Both the position numbers and the translations under genes were made by a program. The notes under the pieces were generated by a model. That model was not told where the DNA came from, did no database searches, and saw only the letters and a program-made list of their open reading frames with translations. A stretch of DNA of 64,000 bases, from assembly GCF_016278385.1 (NCBI RefSeq), contig NZ_JADQBY010000003.1:641-64640 (forward strand), given 5' to 3'. Each line of letters starts with the position of its first letter. Within the stretch, counting starts at the first letter, position 1. This document shows positions 1 through 9,381 of the stretch, piece by piece. Source of the stretch: Methanolobus sp. GTDB taxonomy: Archaea > Halobacteriota > Methanosarcinia > Methanosarcinales > Methanosarcinaceae.

Positions 1-1296
1 TATCTGAACCTCTCCTATGCAATATCTGAATTTGTAAAAGCACTGGTAACTGCCCGGGAAAAAAGCTCAGAAGAGTATGAAGATGAGGCAATATCAGAGT
101 TTGCAGCATCCCTTATGCCTGCAATGCATGTTTCACTCCATTGCCATGAATTTGGCGCATTCTACGCACTGGCTCGTCTGAAGAAGTTAGGCATAAGTAT
201 CAAAACTGTGGCAACATACCACGCAACACTTCCTGGAAGGTCATCGGGACACCGTTCTATCCAGAAGATAAGAGACAACGACAGCTCATGGGACAAAGGT
301 GTACCTGTAAATCATGCAAAACTGGAGTCACTTTCAGCATACGCAGATGTTGTAACAGCCGTAGGTGATTCAACACGCAAGGAAATTAAACTTTTCTACG
401 GCATAGATTCCATAATCGTCCGCAATGGAATAGACAAAGATGATGATGAAATAGACTGGGAAAAGAAAATAGAATGCAGGAAGAAGATACAGGAATTCCT
501 TTCTGAAAAAATTAATCAGGTATATGACAACAAGAAACTACCAGCTGACAGAATAATACCTATTTTTTCAATATCCCGCATAGAGATCGAGAACAAAGGT
601 TATCCGGATCTTCTCGATGCCCTTGTAATACTTGACCGGATGGTTAAAACCGAGATCGATGCAGGTCATCTTGATGAAAACTATCGTGTAATATGTTTCC
701 TTATCGCTGCCCAGGGTCCAAAGACAAATCTCCCTGAGAACTTCCCGATCAACCTTCCTGAAGAAGTACTGGTAGGTGAGGAAATACGCCTGCAACAGAT
801 GATAAAAGCCAGGGGACTTGAATGCTCAAAGATACCTGATGGTACCAGGCACGTTTCAGCAGTGTTATACCCACAGTGGATATCTGACCATGATGGTGGG
901 CTTAACATGAGACCTGACGAATTTATGGCAGGGTGTATCGCTGGTATTTTCCCTTCAAAATATGAACCTTTCCTGCTAACAGGACTTGAGGCAGGCAAGG
1001 AATCAACTCCAAGTATTGTCAGTAAGATATGCGGATTCAGTGACGCACTTAAAACCCTTAAACGACTTGTAATGGGTATGGGGGGAGTAATAGTTGTTGA
1101 CAATATCAATATCCCATATCTTGAATCAATTGCGGATTACGCCCTTGCAATGGATTATTTCATTGATACGTATACAGATGATAAAGTAAAGTACAACCTT
1201 CTTTGCCAGGAAGCAAATCTGCTGGCAAGGGACATGAACTGGGAAGTTCCTATAAAAACATACTATGAGCTTCTCACAGGAACAAGAATGGAGTGA
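1..1296 (+). CDS. GT3-family (eukaryote/Bacteroidetes-like) glycogen synthase, 5' end outside window
   Basis: Frame open from base 1. Motifs TYHATLPGR, SRIEIENKGYPDLLDAL and GIFPSKYEPF match GT3 motifs (GRYEFxNKG, GVFPSYYEPW). Glycogen gene context. Confidence 0.75.
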   Translation, partial: YLNLSYAISEFVKALVTAREKSSEEYEDEAISEFAASLMPAMHVSLHCHEFGAFYALARLKKLGISIKTVATYHATLPGRSSGHRSIQKIRDNDSSWDKGVPVNHAKLESLSAYADVVTAVGDSTRKEIKLFYGIDSIIVRNGIDKDDDEIDWEKKIECRKKIQEFLSEKINQVYDNKKLPADRIIPIFSISRIEIENKGYPDLLDALVILDRMVKTEIDAGHLDENYRVICFLIAAQGPKTNLPENFPINLPEEVLVGEEIRLQQMIKARGLECSKIPDGTRHVSAVLYPQWISDHDGGLNMRPDEFMAGCIAGIFPSKYEPFLLTGLEAGKESTPSIVSKICGFSDALKTLKRLVMGMGGVIVVDNINIPYLESIADYALAMDYFIDTYTDDKVKYNLLCQEANLLARDMNWEVPIKTYYELLTGTRME

Positions 1297-1299
1297 AAT

Positions 1300-2277
1300 A
1301 TGTCTGAAATACGCAAACACTATTTCCTTGATGAACATTGTATAATAGCATTTGGAAGGAGCAAACGACCCTCTGCACCTAAAGCCTGTGGCGATGAAAT
1401 ACAATCTACAAGCTGTGTATTCTGCAAGTGCCATGAAGATGAGACCCCTCTTGCAACTGCTGTGTACAAAAAAGGAGAAATCCTGAAGGACACAGATAAG
1501 CAACGTGTTACTGGATGGGATATAAGATGTATTCCAAATCTTTACCCTGCATTGTCTCCTGATGCCCCGGAAGTTGAAGAGGCTGTATTTGAAGCCAAAA
1601 AAGGCTTTGGATTTCATGAAGTGATCATAGAGAATCCTTTGCATGAAAACAGATTACATCTTTTTTCAGACGATGAGATACTTCTATTGATGAAGACTTA
1701 CAGGGACAGGGTACTGCACTACCAGTCACAGAAAGGAATAAAATATGTCTCCCTTTTCAAGAACTGGGGGAAGAAAGCAGGTGCCTCGCTGGAACATACC
1801 CACTCACAACTCATAGCGCTTCCCATAATGCCATCTTCCATCCTAAAAGAAAAGAAAGCAATAGAAGATATGGAAAACTGCCCCTACTGCAGGATAGTTG
1901 AAAAGGAAAATGGAAAAGAAAGACAGGTGTACGAGAATGATGCTTTCATCCTGATAGCACCATACTATTCCAAATCACCTTATGAGATGTGGATGCTTCC
2001 AAAAGAACATGTGAACCACATATCATCCTTCAGCGATAATATGTTACTATCCCTGGGAGACTGCATCAGGAAAGCAGTTTCATTGCTGGATAACACCATA
2101 CCTGAACTTGCATACAACTACATGTTCTTCCAGCTGGAACACGACCAGAGTTACCATTTCAATGTCCGTATAGCTCCTGTAACTTCAATTGCAGCTGGTT
2201 TTGAGAAGAACACGGACATTTATATCAATACTATGCCACCAGAAGTAGCTGTAAAACATCTGCAGGAGAAAGAATAG
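1300..2277 (+). CDS. galT: Galactose-1-phosphate uridylyltransferase (GalT/HIT family)
   Basis: RSKRP, CVFC, PNLYPAL, GFHEVIIE and GASLEHTHSQL motifs. Confidence 0.9.
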   Translation: MSEIRKHYFLDEHCIIAFGRSKRPSAPKACGDEIQSTSCVFCKCHEDETPLATAVYKKGEILKDTDKQRVTGWDIRCIPNLYPALSPDAPEVEEAVFEAKKGFGFHEVIIENPLHENRLHLFSDDEILLLMKTYRDRVLHYQSQKGIKYVSLFKNWGKKAGASLEHTHSQLIALPIMPSSILKEKKAIEDMENCPYCRIVEKENGKERQVYENDAFILIAPYYSKSPYEMWMLPKEHVNHISSFSDNMLLSLGDCIRKAVSLLDNTIPELAYNYMFFQLEHDQSYHFNVRIAPVTSIAAGFEKNTDIYINTMPPEVAVKHLQEKE

Positions 2278-2303
2278 GAACTTATGTAAAAGGGGGTAAA
2301 CAA

Positions 2304-3470
2304 ATGAAAAAGAAATTGCGAATAGCTATGTTCTCGTGGGAAAGCCTTCATTCTATTAAAGTTGGAGGACTGGCCCCCCATGTTACCGAACTCTCAGAAG
2401 CCCTGGCCACAATGGGGCATGAAGTTCATATATTCACCCGGAACAGGGATATGATTCCCTATGAAATAGTAAACGGAGTGCATTATCATCGGATCTACCA
2501 TGCCCTTGATGGAGGCATAGTACAACAAATGGATAGCATGTGTGATTCCATGCACACAGCCTTTGTTGAAGCCACACGGGATTTTGGAGATTTTGACATT
2601 ACACATGTTCATGACTGGCATCCTGTAACCCTGGTCTGCAGGTTGAAAGAGGAATACGGCATTCCTTTTGCCATAACCTATCACAGTACGGAATGGGGAC
2701 GAAATGGTAATCAACATGGTACCTGGTGGGAGGCCATGGAGATAAGCCACCGCGAATGGAGAGGCGGATACGAGTCTGCCTGTGTGATATCCACATCCAC
2801 GATCCTTACAAATGAGATACAGCACCTTTATCAGATTCCTGATTACAAGATAGCCATCGTACCCAATGGAATACACGAGAATAAAATACAAATGGAAGTG
2901 GACCCCGGCAAGCTAAAGGAAGAATATGGAATACACCCTTTTGCACCAGTTGTCCTTTTTGTGGGAAGGATGAATTACCAAAAAGGACCTGACCTTTTTG
3001 TAAGGGCTATCCCTGATGTGCTTGCAAGCAAGTGGGATGCAAAATTTGTCATAATCGGCGAAGGAGAGATGAGACCTGAATGTGAAAGGATAACTTACGA
3101 GCTGAACATTCAGGACAGCTGCCATTTCCTGGGTTATGTCGATGAATCCGTTAAGAAGAAATGGATGAATGCCTGCAACCTTATATGTGTCCCAAGCCGT
3201 AACGAACCATTTGGAATCGTTTTGCTTGAAGCATGGGATGTTAGCAAGAATATAGTTGCAACAAATGCAATATCCCTTATAGATAATTTCAAGGACGGGG
3301 TTATAGTTTACCAGAATCCGGATTCCATTGCATGGGGAATAAATCATGTTTTTAACAATTATGCTGATGATGAACTTGGAAAGGAAGGAAAGAAGCTCAT
3401 CGGAACGAGATATAATTGGAATAACATAGCCAAAATGACCATTGATGTTTACATGAACATGCTTTCATAA
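2304..3470 (+). CDS. GT4 glycosyltransferase (glycogen-associated)
   Basis: GGLAPHV, HVHDWH, VPSRNEPFGIVLLEAW; paralog of 13420..14586. Confidence 0.88.
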   Translation: MKKKLRIAMFSWESLHSIKVGGLAPHVTELSEALATMGHEVHIFTRNRDMIPYEIVNGVHYHRIYHALDGGIVQQMDSMCDSMHTAFVEATRDFGDFDITHVHDWHPVTLVCRLKEEYGIPFAITYHSTEWGRNGNQHGTWWEAMEISHREWRGGYESACVISTSTILTNEIQHLYQIPDYKIAIVPNGIHENKIQMEVDPGKLKEEYGIHPFAPVVLFVGRMNYQKGPDLFVRAIPDVLASKWDAKFVIIGEGEMRPECERITYELNIQDSCHFLGYVDESVKKKWMNACNLICVPSRNEPFGIVLLEAWDVSKNIVATNAISLIDNFKDGVIVYQNPDSIAWGINHVFNNYADDELGKEGKKLIGTRYNWNNIAKMTIDVYMNMLS

Positions 3471-3515
3471 ACATTCAATATCATATTTATTTCAGGAAAG
3501 TTAAGTTCAAAAGGG

Positions 3516-4589
3516 GTGTTATGTATCAGGAAATTAACTAACCGGGTTTCAAGAAAAGCAGGTCTGTCACCTGGAAGTCTGGTGCATGTGGGAGAAGAGA
3601 GGACTGAGAAACCAAAAATCACCATAATAGACTATGACAGGGACAACTATCAGGAAAGAGTTGTCGAAAACGTAGAGGAATGTTTCCCATTCAAGGATTA
3701 TCCCACAGTGTCATGGATCAATGTTGATGGGATACATCAGGTGGATATAATTGAAAAACTCGGTAAGCACTTTGGCCTGCATCCTCTTGTCATGGAGGAT
3801 ATTGTCCACACAAGCCAGAGACCAAAGATGGAGGATTACGACTCCTACATTTATGTTGTTCTTAAAATGCTCTGGTTTGAAGATGGCGATACCGATGTAA
3901 AGACTGAACAGGTCAGTATAATACTCGGGAAAAACTTTGTACTGTCATTTCAGGAAATGGAAGGCGATACTTTTAATTTTCTAAGGGAACGTATCAGGAA
4001 TTCCAAAGGAAGGGTACGCCTGATGGGTGCTGATTACCTTGCATATGCTCTTCTGGATTCTATAGTTGACAACTATTTTATAATAATTGAAAAGTTTGGA
4101 GATATAATAGAGGATCTTGAAAACAAACTGATACAGAATCCATCGCCTGAAACCCTGCAAAATATCCATGACCTGAAGAAGGAAATGATATACCTGCGCA
4201 AGTCTGTATGGCCTCTTCGGGAAGTTATAAACGGGCTGGAAAGAACCGAATCACCACTGATAGAAGATACGACATTTGTATTTCTTAAAGATGTCTATGA
4301 CCATACGATACAGGTAGCCGAAACTGTGGAAACTTACAGAGATATACTCTCGGGGATACTGGATGTCTATTTATCAAGCGTCAGCAATAAGATGAACGAA
4401 GTTATGAAAACACTTACCATCATAGCGACCATCTTCATACCACTGACATTCCTTGCCGGAATTTATGGGATGAATTTCACTTATATGCCAGAACTTGGAT
4501 GGAAGTGGGGATATCCTGCTGTTTGGACTATCAATATAACAATATTCCTGTCAATGTACATATACTTCCGGAAAAAGAACTGGCTTTAA
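3516..4589 (+). CDS. corA: Magnesium/cobalt transporter CorA
   Basis: GIYGMNF signature, MPEL loop and two C-terminal TM helices. Confidence 0.95.
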   Translation: MLCIRKLTNRVSRKAGLSPGSLVHVGEERTEKPKITIIDYDRDNYQERVVENVEECFPFKDYPTVSWINVDGIHQVDIIEKLGKHFGLHPLVMEDIVHTSQRPKMEDYDSYIYVVLKMLWFEDGDTDVKTEQVSIILGKNFVLSFQEMEGDTFNFLRERIRNSKGRVRLMGADYLAYALLDSIVDNYFIIIEKFGDIIEDLENKLIQNPSPETLQNIHDLKKEMIYLRKSVWPLREVINGLERTESPLIEDTTFVFLKDVYDHTIQVAETVETYRDILSGILDVYLSSVSNKMNEVMKTLTIIATIFIPLTFLAGIYGMNFTYMPELGWKWGYPAVWTINITIFLSMYIYFRKKNWL

Positions 4590-4619
4590 TAAAAACTGGA
4601 TAACGGACACCGATAGAAA

Positions 4620-5333
4620 ATGTTTGAGATATATCATCCACCATTTACAGTAGAAATTGAAGATACTGTCATCACAGTTGAGAAACAGGGAAACGACCTT
4701 GTATATAAACGCACGTTGAAGGGAGAAGAAGAGACTGAACTTGTATTGCTAAATAACGATGGTGATATTCTTATAAATCCTATAGAACCAGTAAATCTTC
4801 CAAGCAAGCTCACATCATTCCTGCTCATAGACTTCAAGCGCCCTGCTCTGATACGTCCTGGTGACAGGAGGAATATATATCTTACATTTCCTGTGGAAAT
4901 AGGGGCATTCGTTTCGGACAAGGCAGGGAACCACGAAGTAATTGATATCTTCACATATTCCAGAGTGAAGTTCACACTTTATGGAGGTCACAATAAAGGA
5001 CTCATTTGCAGGCACTGGGAAAGCGATGTATTTAGCGAAATACCCAAAACAAATACACTCTATGAGGGATACATAGAACTTGAGATAATTAATGATTCAA
5101 GCCACCTGATGGAAGTCACAAAAGCTGTTTTCAATGCTTATGGAATGAAGATATACTACGGGGATAAAAGACTTGGCGTGAAAGCGTCAATGAGGATCAT
5201 AAATAAGCTCCTTGCCGAAACCGATTTTAGCACATATCCCACCACTTCAAGATTTAAAAGATCAATGGAACTTTATACTTCACGCAAACTCATAATCAAC
5301 GGAACAAAGGGAATAATGGAGTTCGGTTTATGA
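4620..5333 (+). CDS. DUF432-like archaeal protein
   Basis: INPIEPVNLP, YLTFPVEIG and KFTLYG motifs; overlaps mscS start. Confidence 0.7.
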   Translation: MFEIYHPPFTVEIEDTVITVEKQGNDLVYKRTLKGEEETELVLLNNDGDILINPIEPVNLPSKLTSFLLIDFKRPALIRPGDRRNIYLTFPVEIGAFVSDKAGNHEVIDIFTYSRVKFTLYGGHNKGLICRHWESDVFSEIPKTNTLYEGYIELEIINDSSHLMEVTKAVFNAYGMKIYYGDKRLGVKASMRIINKLLAETDFSTYPTTSRFKRSMELYTSRKLIINGTKGIMEFGL

Positions 5334-6205
5334 ACAACAGCAGTATAGCAGCATATATCCCTCAACTTTCAGATCCATTCCTAAAGGCAATCACAGTAAT
5401 AGCCATATTAGTTTTTGCTGTTATAATTAGCAAGGGTATAACAATATACCTGCAGCGCTCACTTAAAGACAAGATGGACAAAGAACACCTCAACATCCTG
5501 CTCAAAACCATCTATTACGGAATAGTAATCGTTGCAATCGTAGGATTTATCTTTCCTTTACTTAATATCAACACATCCGGTCTGCTTGTTGCCGGTGGTT
5601 TTGCGGGGATAGTAATCGGTTTTGCCAGCCAGAGCATAGTAGGTAACTTCATCTCCGGCATATTTCTGATGATAGAACGCCCTGTAAAGATAGGTGACCA
5701 GGTAAATATTGATAACAAGATGGGATACGTTGAAGATATAAAAATAATATCGACCATCATCCGTACATTTGACGGACTCTATGTCAGGCTTCCAAATGAG
5801 ACTGTATTCACCACCAGCATCACAAACTATGTGGCAAACCTTGCCAGGAGATTCGAATATGTTGTTGGTATCCGTTACGAAGACGATGCTGATATAGCTA
5901 TAAAGATTATCAAGGACCTTATAGATGAACAGCCATATGCACTTATTAACCCTTCACCTAATGTTTTTGTAGATAATTTAGGAGATAATTCAGTCAACAT
6001 TACTGTAAGAGTATGGGCACCTGCCACTGAATGGTATGATCTGAGAACAAAGCTTCTCTGGATAATAAAAAAGACACTTGAAGAGAACGGTATAGAGATA
6101 GCCTTCCCACAAAGAACAATATGGTTTGCCAGCGAGCTCAATACAAGAAATAGCCGTGCAGGATATGTGGAAAATGGCATGGATAATGGAATTGATGAAT
6201 CATGA
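5330..6205 (+). CDS. mscS: Small-conductance mechanosensitive channel
   Basis: GFASQSIVGNFISG, ERPVKIGD and IEIAFPQR motifs. Confidence 0.92.
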   Translation: MNNSSIAAYIPQLSDPFLKAITVIAILVFAVIISKGITIYLQRSLKDKMDKEHLNILLKTIYYGIVIVAIVGFIFPLLNINTSGLLVAGGFAGIVIGFASQSIVGNFISGIFLMIERPVKIGDQVNIDNKMGYVEDIKIISTIIRTFDGLYVRLPNETVFTTSITNYVANLARRFEYVVGIRYEDDADIAIKIIKDLIDEQPYALINPSPNVFVDNLGDNSVNITVRVWAPATEWYDLRTKLLWIIKKTLEENGIEIAFPQRTIWFASELNTRNSRAGYVENGMDNGIDES

Positions 6206-7332
6206 AAGCTGTATGCATTTGTTTTGAAGTACATCTGCCTCTACCCCTGCGCTGGTACTGGCCCAGGGAAGGGTATGGTGAAGTCCATATGGAGAAATAC
6301 TTTGATATGGAGAAAGCATTCCATAATTTCACAAAACTTGCGGAGAATGTGGAAACGCTTAACGATACCCTGGCAGAGTCTATAAATAACGGGGGCAAAT
6401 ATACTCTGGATGTGTCCGGTGTGTTCCTTGAGCAATGCAAATGGGCACCTGAAGTTATAGAAAGCTTCAGAAAACTTGACAAAAAAAAGGTATCTTTTGC
6501 AGCCTCACCTTACTATCACTCTGTCTGTTCAATGTTCCCTGATATGAAAGAATTCAAGGAACAGGTTGAAATGGATGTCAATATTATCAGGGAAATTTTT
6601 GGCAGGGAAGCAAAGACATTTGTGAACACCGAACTTCTTTTTGAAAAAAAGGCACTCAAAGTGCTCAAAGGAATGGGATTCAAGTGTTTTATTTCAGAAG
6701 GTTCCCACAACATAATGAATGGTTATGACCCCATGCATGTTTACAACAATGATATCCCCACACTCCTTCGACATATAAAACTGAGTGAGGACCTTGAGAT
6801 CAAATTTTCTGACATGGCATGGTCCGGATATCCACTTATAGCAGATAAGTTCGCATCATGGATAGCAAGTATGGAAGGAGATGTTATAACTCTCTACATA
6901 AAATATGATGCCATAAACACCCACCTGCAGAACAATAAGGAAATACTCAAATTCCTGAAGGAAATTCCCCTGAGTTTCAAAAAGCACGGGATCAAAATGG
7001 TGTTAGCCGAAGAAGCCGTGGAGATGTTCGAAAAGACAGAACTTTCATCCCTTGATTCAAAGATAACAGCACGCTATGGAATGCATAACCTGCTGGGAAA
7101 CCATGCACAACACCTCTTTATGCATGAGCTTGTAGATATTGGTGAAAAGCTCAAAACGATAAAGTATCCGGAAAACAAAAAGGAAATCAAAAGAATATAT
7201 CGCTACCTACAACAGAGTGAGAACTTCCTGGAAATGAACTCTGAAGAAAGACGCCTTGGGTATGAAAGAGCCGTTAACACCCTTTCAATACTTTCCGACA
7301 TCGAACGTGCCATATTGGAGGTAGAAAAATGA
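6202..7332 (+). CDS. GH57 alpha-amylase-like protein, probably non-catalytic
   Basis: Paralog of the next gene. HLP replaces HQP; the proton-donor motif DYETFGEH is replaced by KYDAINTH. Confidence 0.75.
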   Translation: MKAVCICFEVHLPLPLRWYWPREGYGEVHMEKYFDMEKAFHNFTKLAENVETLNDTLAESINNGGKYTLDVSGVFLEQCKWAPEVIESFRKLDKKKVSFAASPYYHSVCSMFPDMKEFKEQVEMDVNIIREIFGREAKTFVNTELLFEKKALKVLKGMGFKCFISEGSHNIMNGYDPMHVYNNDIPTLLRHIKLSEDLEIKFSDMAWSGYPLIADKFASWIASMEGDVITLYIKYDAINTHLQNNKEILKFLKEIPLSFKKHGIKMVLAEEAVEMFEKTELSSLDSKITARYGMHNLLGNHAQHLFMHELVDIGEKLKTIKYPENKKEIKRIYRYLQQSENFLEMNSEERRLGYERAVNTLSILSDIERAILEVEK

Positions 7333-8525
7333 ATTCCATCTGTCCCTTTTTTGAGGTCCACCAGCCATACCGGCTCAGGTGGTTCTGGCCTGACAATAAA
7401 CAGGGTTTTAACAGGTACTTTGACGAAGCTGTAAATAAGGAAATATTCTTGAAAGTTGCAGGGAAATGCTACCTTCCTACAAACAGGACCCTGCTCGAAC
7501 TTACAGATAGTACCGATGGTAAATTCAGGGCAAGCATGTCAGTTACCGGCACCCTGCTTGAGCAGTGCCAAGAATGGGGAGAAGATGTACTTGACTCCTT
7601 CCGCGACCTTGCAGAAACAGGATGTATAGAATTCCTGGATGAAACGTGTTATCATTCCCTTGCATCTCTTTTTGAATCAAAGGAAGAGTTCATGGATGAG
7701 GTGAAAGAGCACCGCGACCTCATATCTGAACTACTGGGAATCACTCCGCGTATATTCAGGAATACAGAGATGCTGTATAATAACAGCATTGCGCGCTTCG
7801 CAGATCAGATGGGATATAAGGCAATAATGACAGAGGGTATTGAACGTGTTCTTGCAGGCAGGTCCCCTGACCATGTATATAAGGCAAAAGATGCGAATAT
7901 AGCAGTCCTGCTACGCAATTACAAATTAAGCGATGATATAGGATATCGTTTTTCATCCATATGGTGGGAAGAATATCCGCTTACTGCCAGTAAGTGGGCA
8001 GACTGGGCGTCCGGGAATACAGGTGAAACCCTGAACATCTTCATGGATTACGAAACATTTGGCGAACATCAGTGGGAAGAAACAGGCATCTTTGATTTCC
8101 TCGGGGCACTGCCCGGTGAGGTTATGGATAGAGGGATGCGTTTCCTTACACCGTCACAGACAATTGAAGCCTACAAACCTGCCGGGGAGATAGATGTAGG
8201 TGAATTTTCCACGATATCGTGGGCTGATATTGAAAGGGATACCAGTGCATGGCTTGGAAATGATATGCAACGACGTTGTTTAGAGGAAATGAAAATTCTT
8301 GAAAGCTATGTTAAAAAGACTGGTGATGCAGAACTGCTGAGGATATGGAAACACCTGCTTACATCAGACCACTACTATTACATGAGCACAAAGTGGCTTG
8401 GCGACGGGGATGTACATTCCTATTTCAGCATACACAGCAGCCCTTACGATGCAGCAGTGAACTTCATGGCAGCATTGACAGATTTCAAGGCTCATGTATT
8501 CAGAACCCTCACATTAACAGAATAA
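7329..8525 (+). CDS. GH57 alpha-amylase
   Basis: EVHQP, FRNTE, LSDDIGYRFS, MDYETFGEH and SDHYYYM motifs intact. Confidence 0.92.
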   Translation: MNSICPFFEVHQPYRLRWFWPDNKQGFNRYFDEAVNKEIFLKVAGKCYLPTNRTLLELTDSTDGKFRASMSVTGTLLEQCQEWGEDVLDSFRDLAETGCIEFLDETCYHSLASLFESKEEFMDEVKEHRDLISELLGITPRIFRNTEMLYNNSIARFADQMGYKAIMTEGIERVLAGRSPDHVYKAKDANIAVLLRNYKLSDDIGYRFSSIWWEEYPLTASKWADWASGNTGETLNIFMDYETFGEHQWEETGIFDFLGALPGEVMDRGMRFLTPSQTIEAYKPAGEIDVGEFSTISWADIERDTSAWLGNDMQRRCLEEMKILESYVKKTGDAELLRIWKHLLTSDHYYYMSTKWLGDGDVHSYFSIHSSPYDAAVNFMAALTDFKAHVFRTLTLTE

Positions 8526-8571
8526 TAATATATTGTTTAAAGTCTTACTTATTTACCGGGAGTGTTAGTAC

Positions 8572-9381
8572 ATGGTAAGAGACCTTTATACGTTCTCCAA
8601 AGTGGACAAAGAAGCAGATGTAGTCTGGTTCAAAGTCATATATGAGAACACAGTTCATTCTGAAGCAGATATAACATCATTTTTTGCAGAGAAAAACCTT
8701 GACATCAGATTTGCGTACCTTGATAGCTCGGAAGATCCTAGCAAAGGCAAGTATGTTATGTTCACAGAGGCTAAAAAAGGCAGGGATATCAAAAGTATTG
8801 CAGATGAACTGGAACAAATGAATGTAGTACTTGATATAGACTGGGGATTTTCAAAGAACAGAGTGATCCAATCTGTAGAATTCCCCTTGCACTTGCTTGG
8901 TGACAGAGCCATCATTATCAGGGCAAAGACTTTTATAAATTTCCTCGATGTTCTGAATGAACACGTACCACAATCAGAAGGACTGCTAACCATAGTCGGA
9001 CTGAAGAACGGAGAAGGTGCTGCAAAATATCTGCGCGAAATGACAGATCTCAATGACAAAAACTTCCTTGACCTCCTCAGGGAATTACTTATGGCTGCAG
9101 GCTGGGGTATTCTTGATTATGACATTGATACTGTTGAACTTAAAGGAAGCGCAACAATCACTGACTCGTTCATTGCAGGAGAATATAGAGACAGTGATGT
9201 CCCTGTATGCGGATATATCAGTGGTTTTCTTGCAGGATACATTTCTGAATCTTTGAGCAGAACTGTCCAGGTCAGGGAAACAAGATGTAAAAGTATGGGT
9301 GACCCTTTCTGTGAGCACGTAATTTCACCTGCTCCAAAAGGAGTAAAGATAGAGCATTTACTCAGGGGCGAATCATATTGA
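8572..9381 (+). CDS. ACT-like + V4R domain protein
   Basis: AAGWG, PVCGYISGFLAG and VRETRCKSMGDPFCEH are V4R motifs; N-terminal ACT-like region. Confidence 0.8.
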   Translation: MVRDLYTFSKVDKEADVVWFKVIYENTVHSEADITSFFAEKNLDIRFAYLDSSEDPSKGKYVMFTEAKKGRDIKSIADELEQMNVVLDIDWGFSKNRVIQSVEFPLHLLGDRAIIIRAKTFINFLDVLNEHVPQSEGLLTIVGLKNGEGAAKYLREMTDLNDKNFLDLLRELLMAAGWGILDYDIDTVELKGSATITDSFIAGEYRDSDVPVCGYISGFLAGYISESLSRTVQVRETRCKSMGDPFCEHVISPAPKGVKIEHLLRGESY

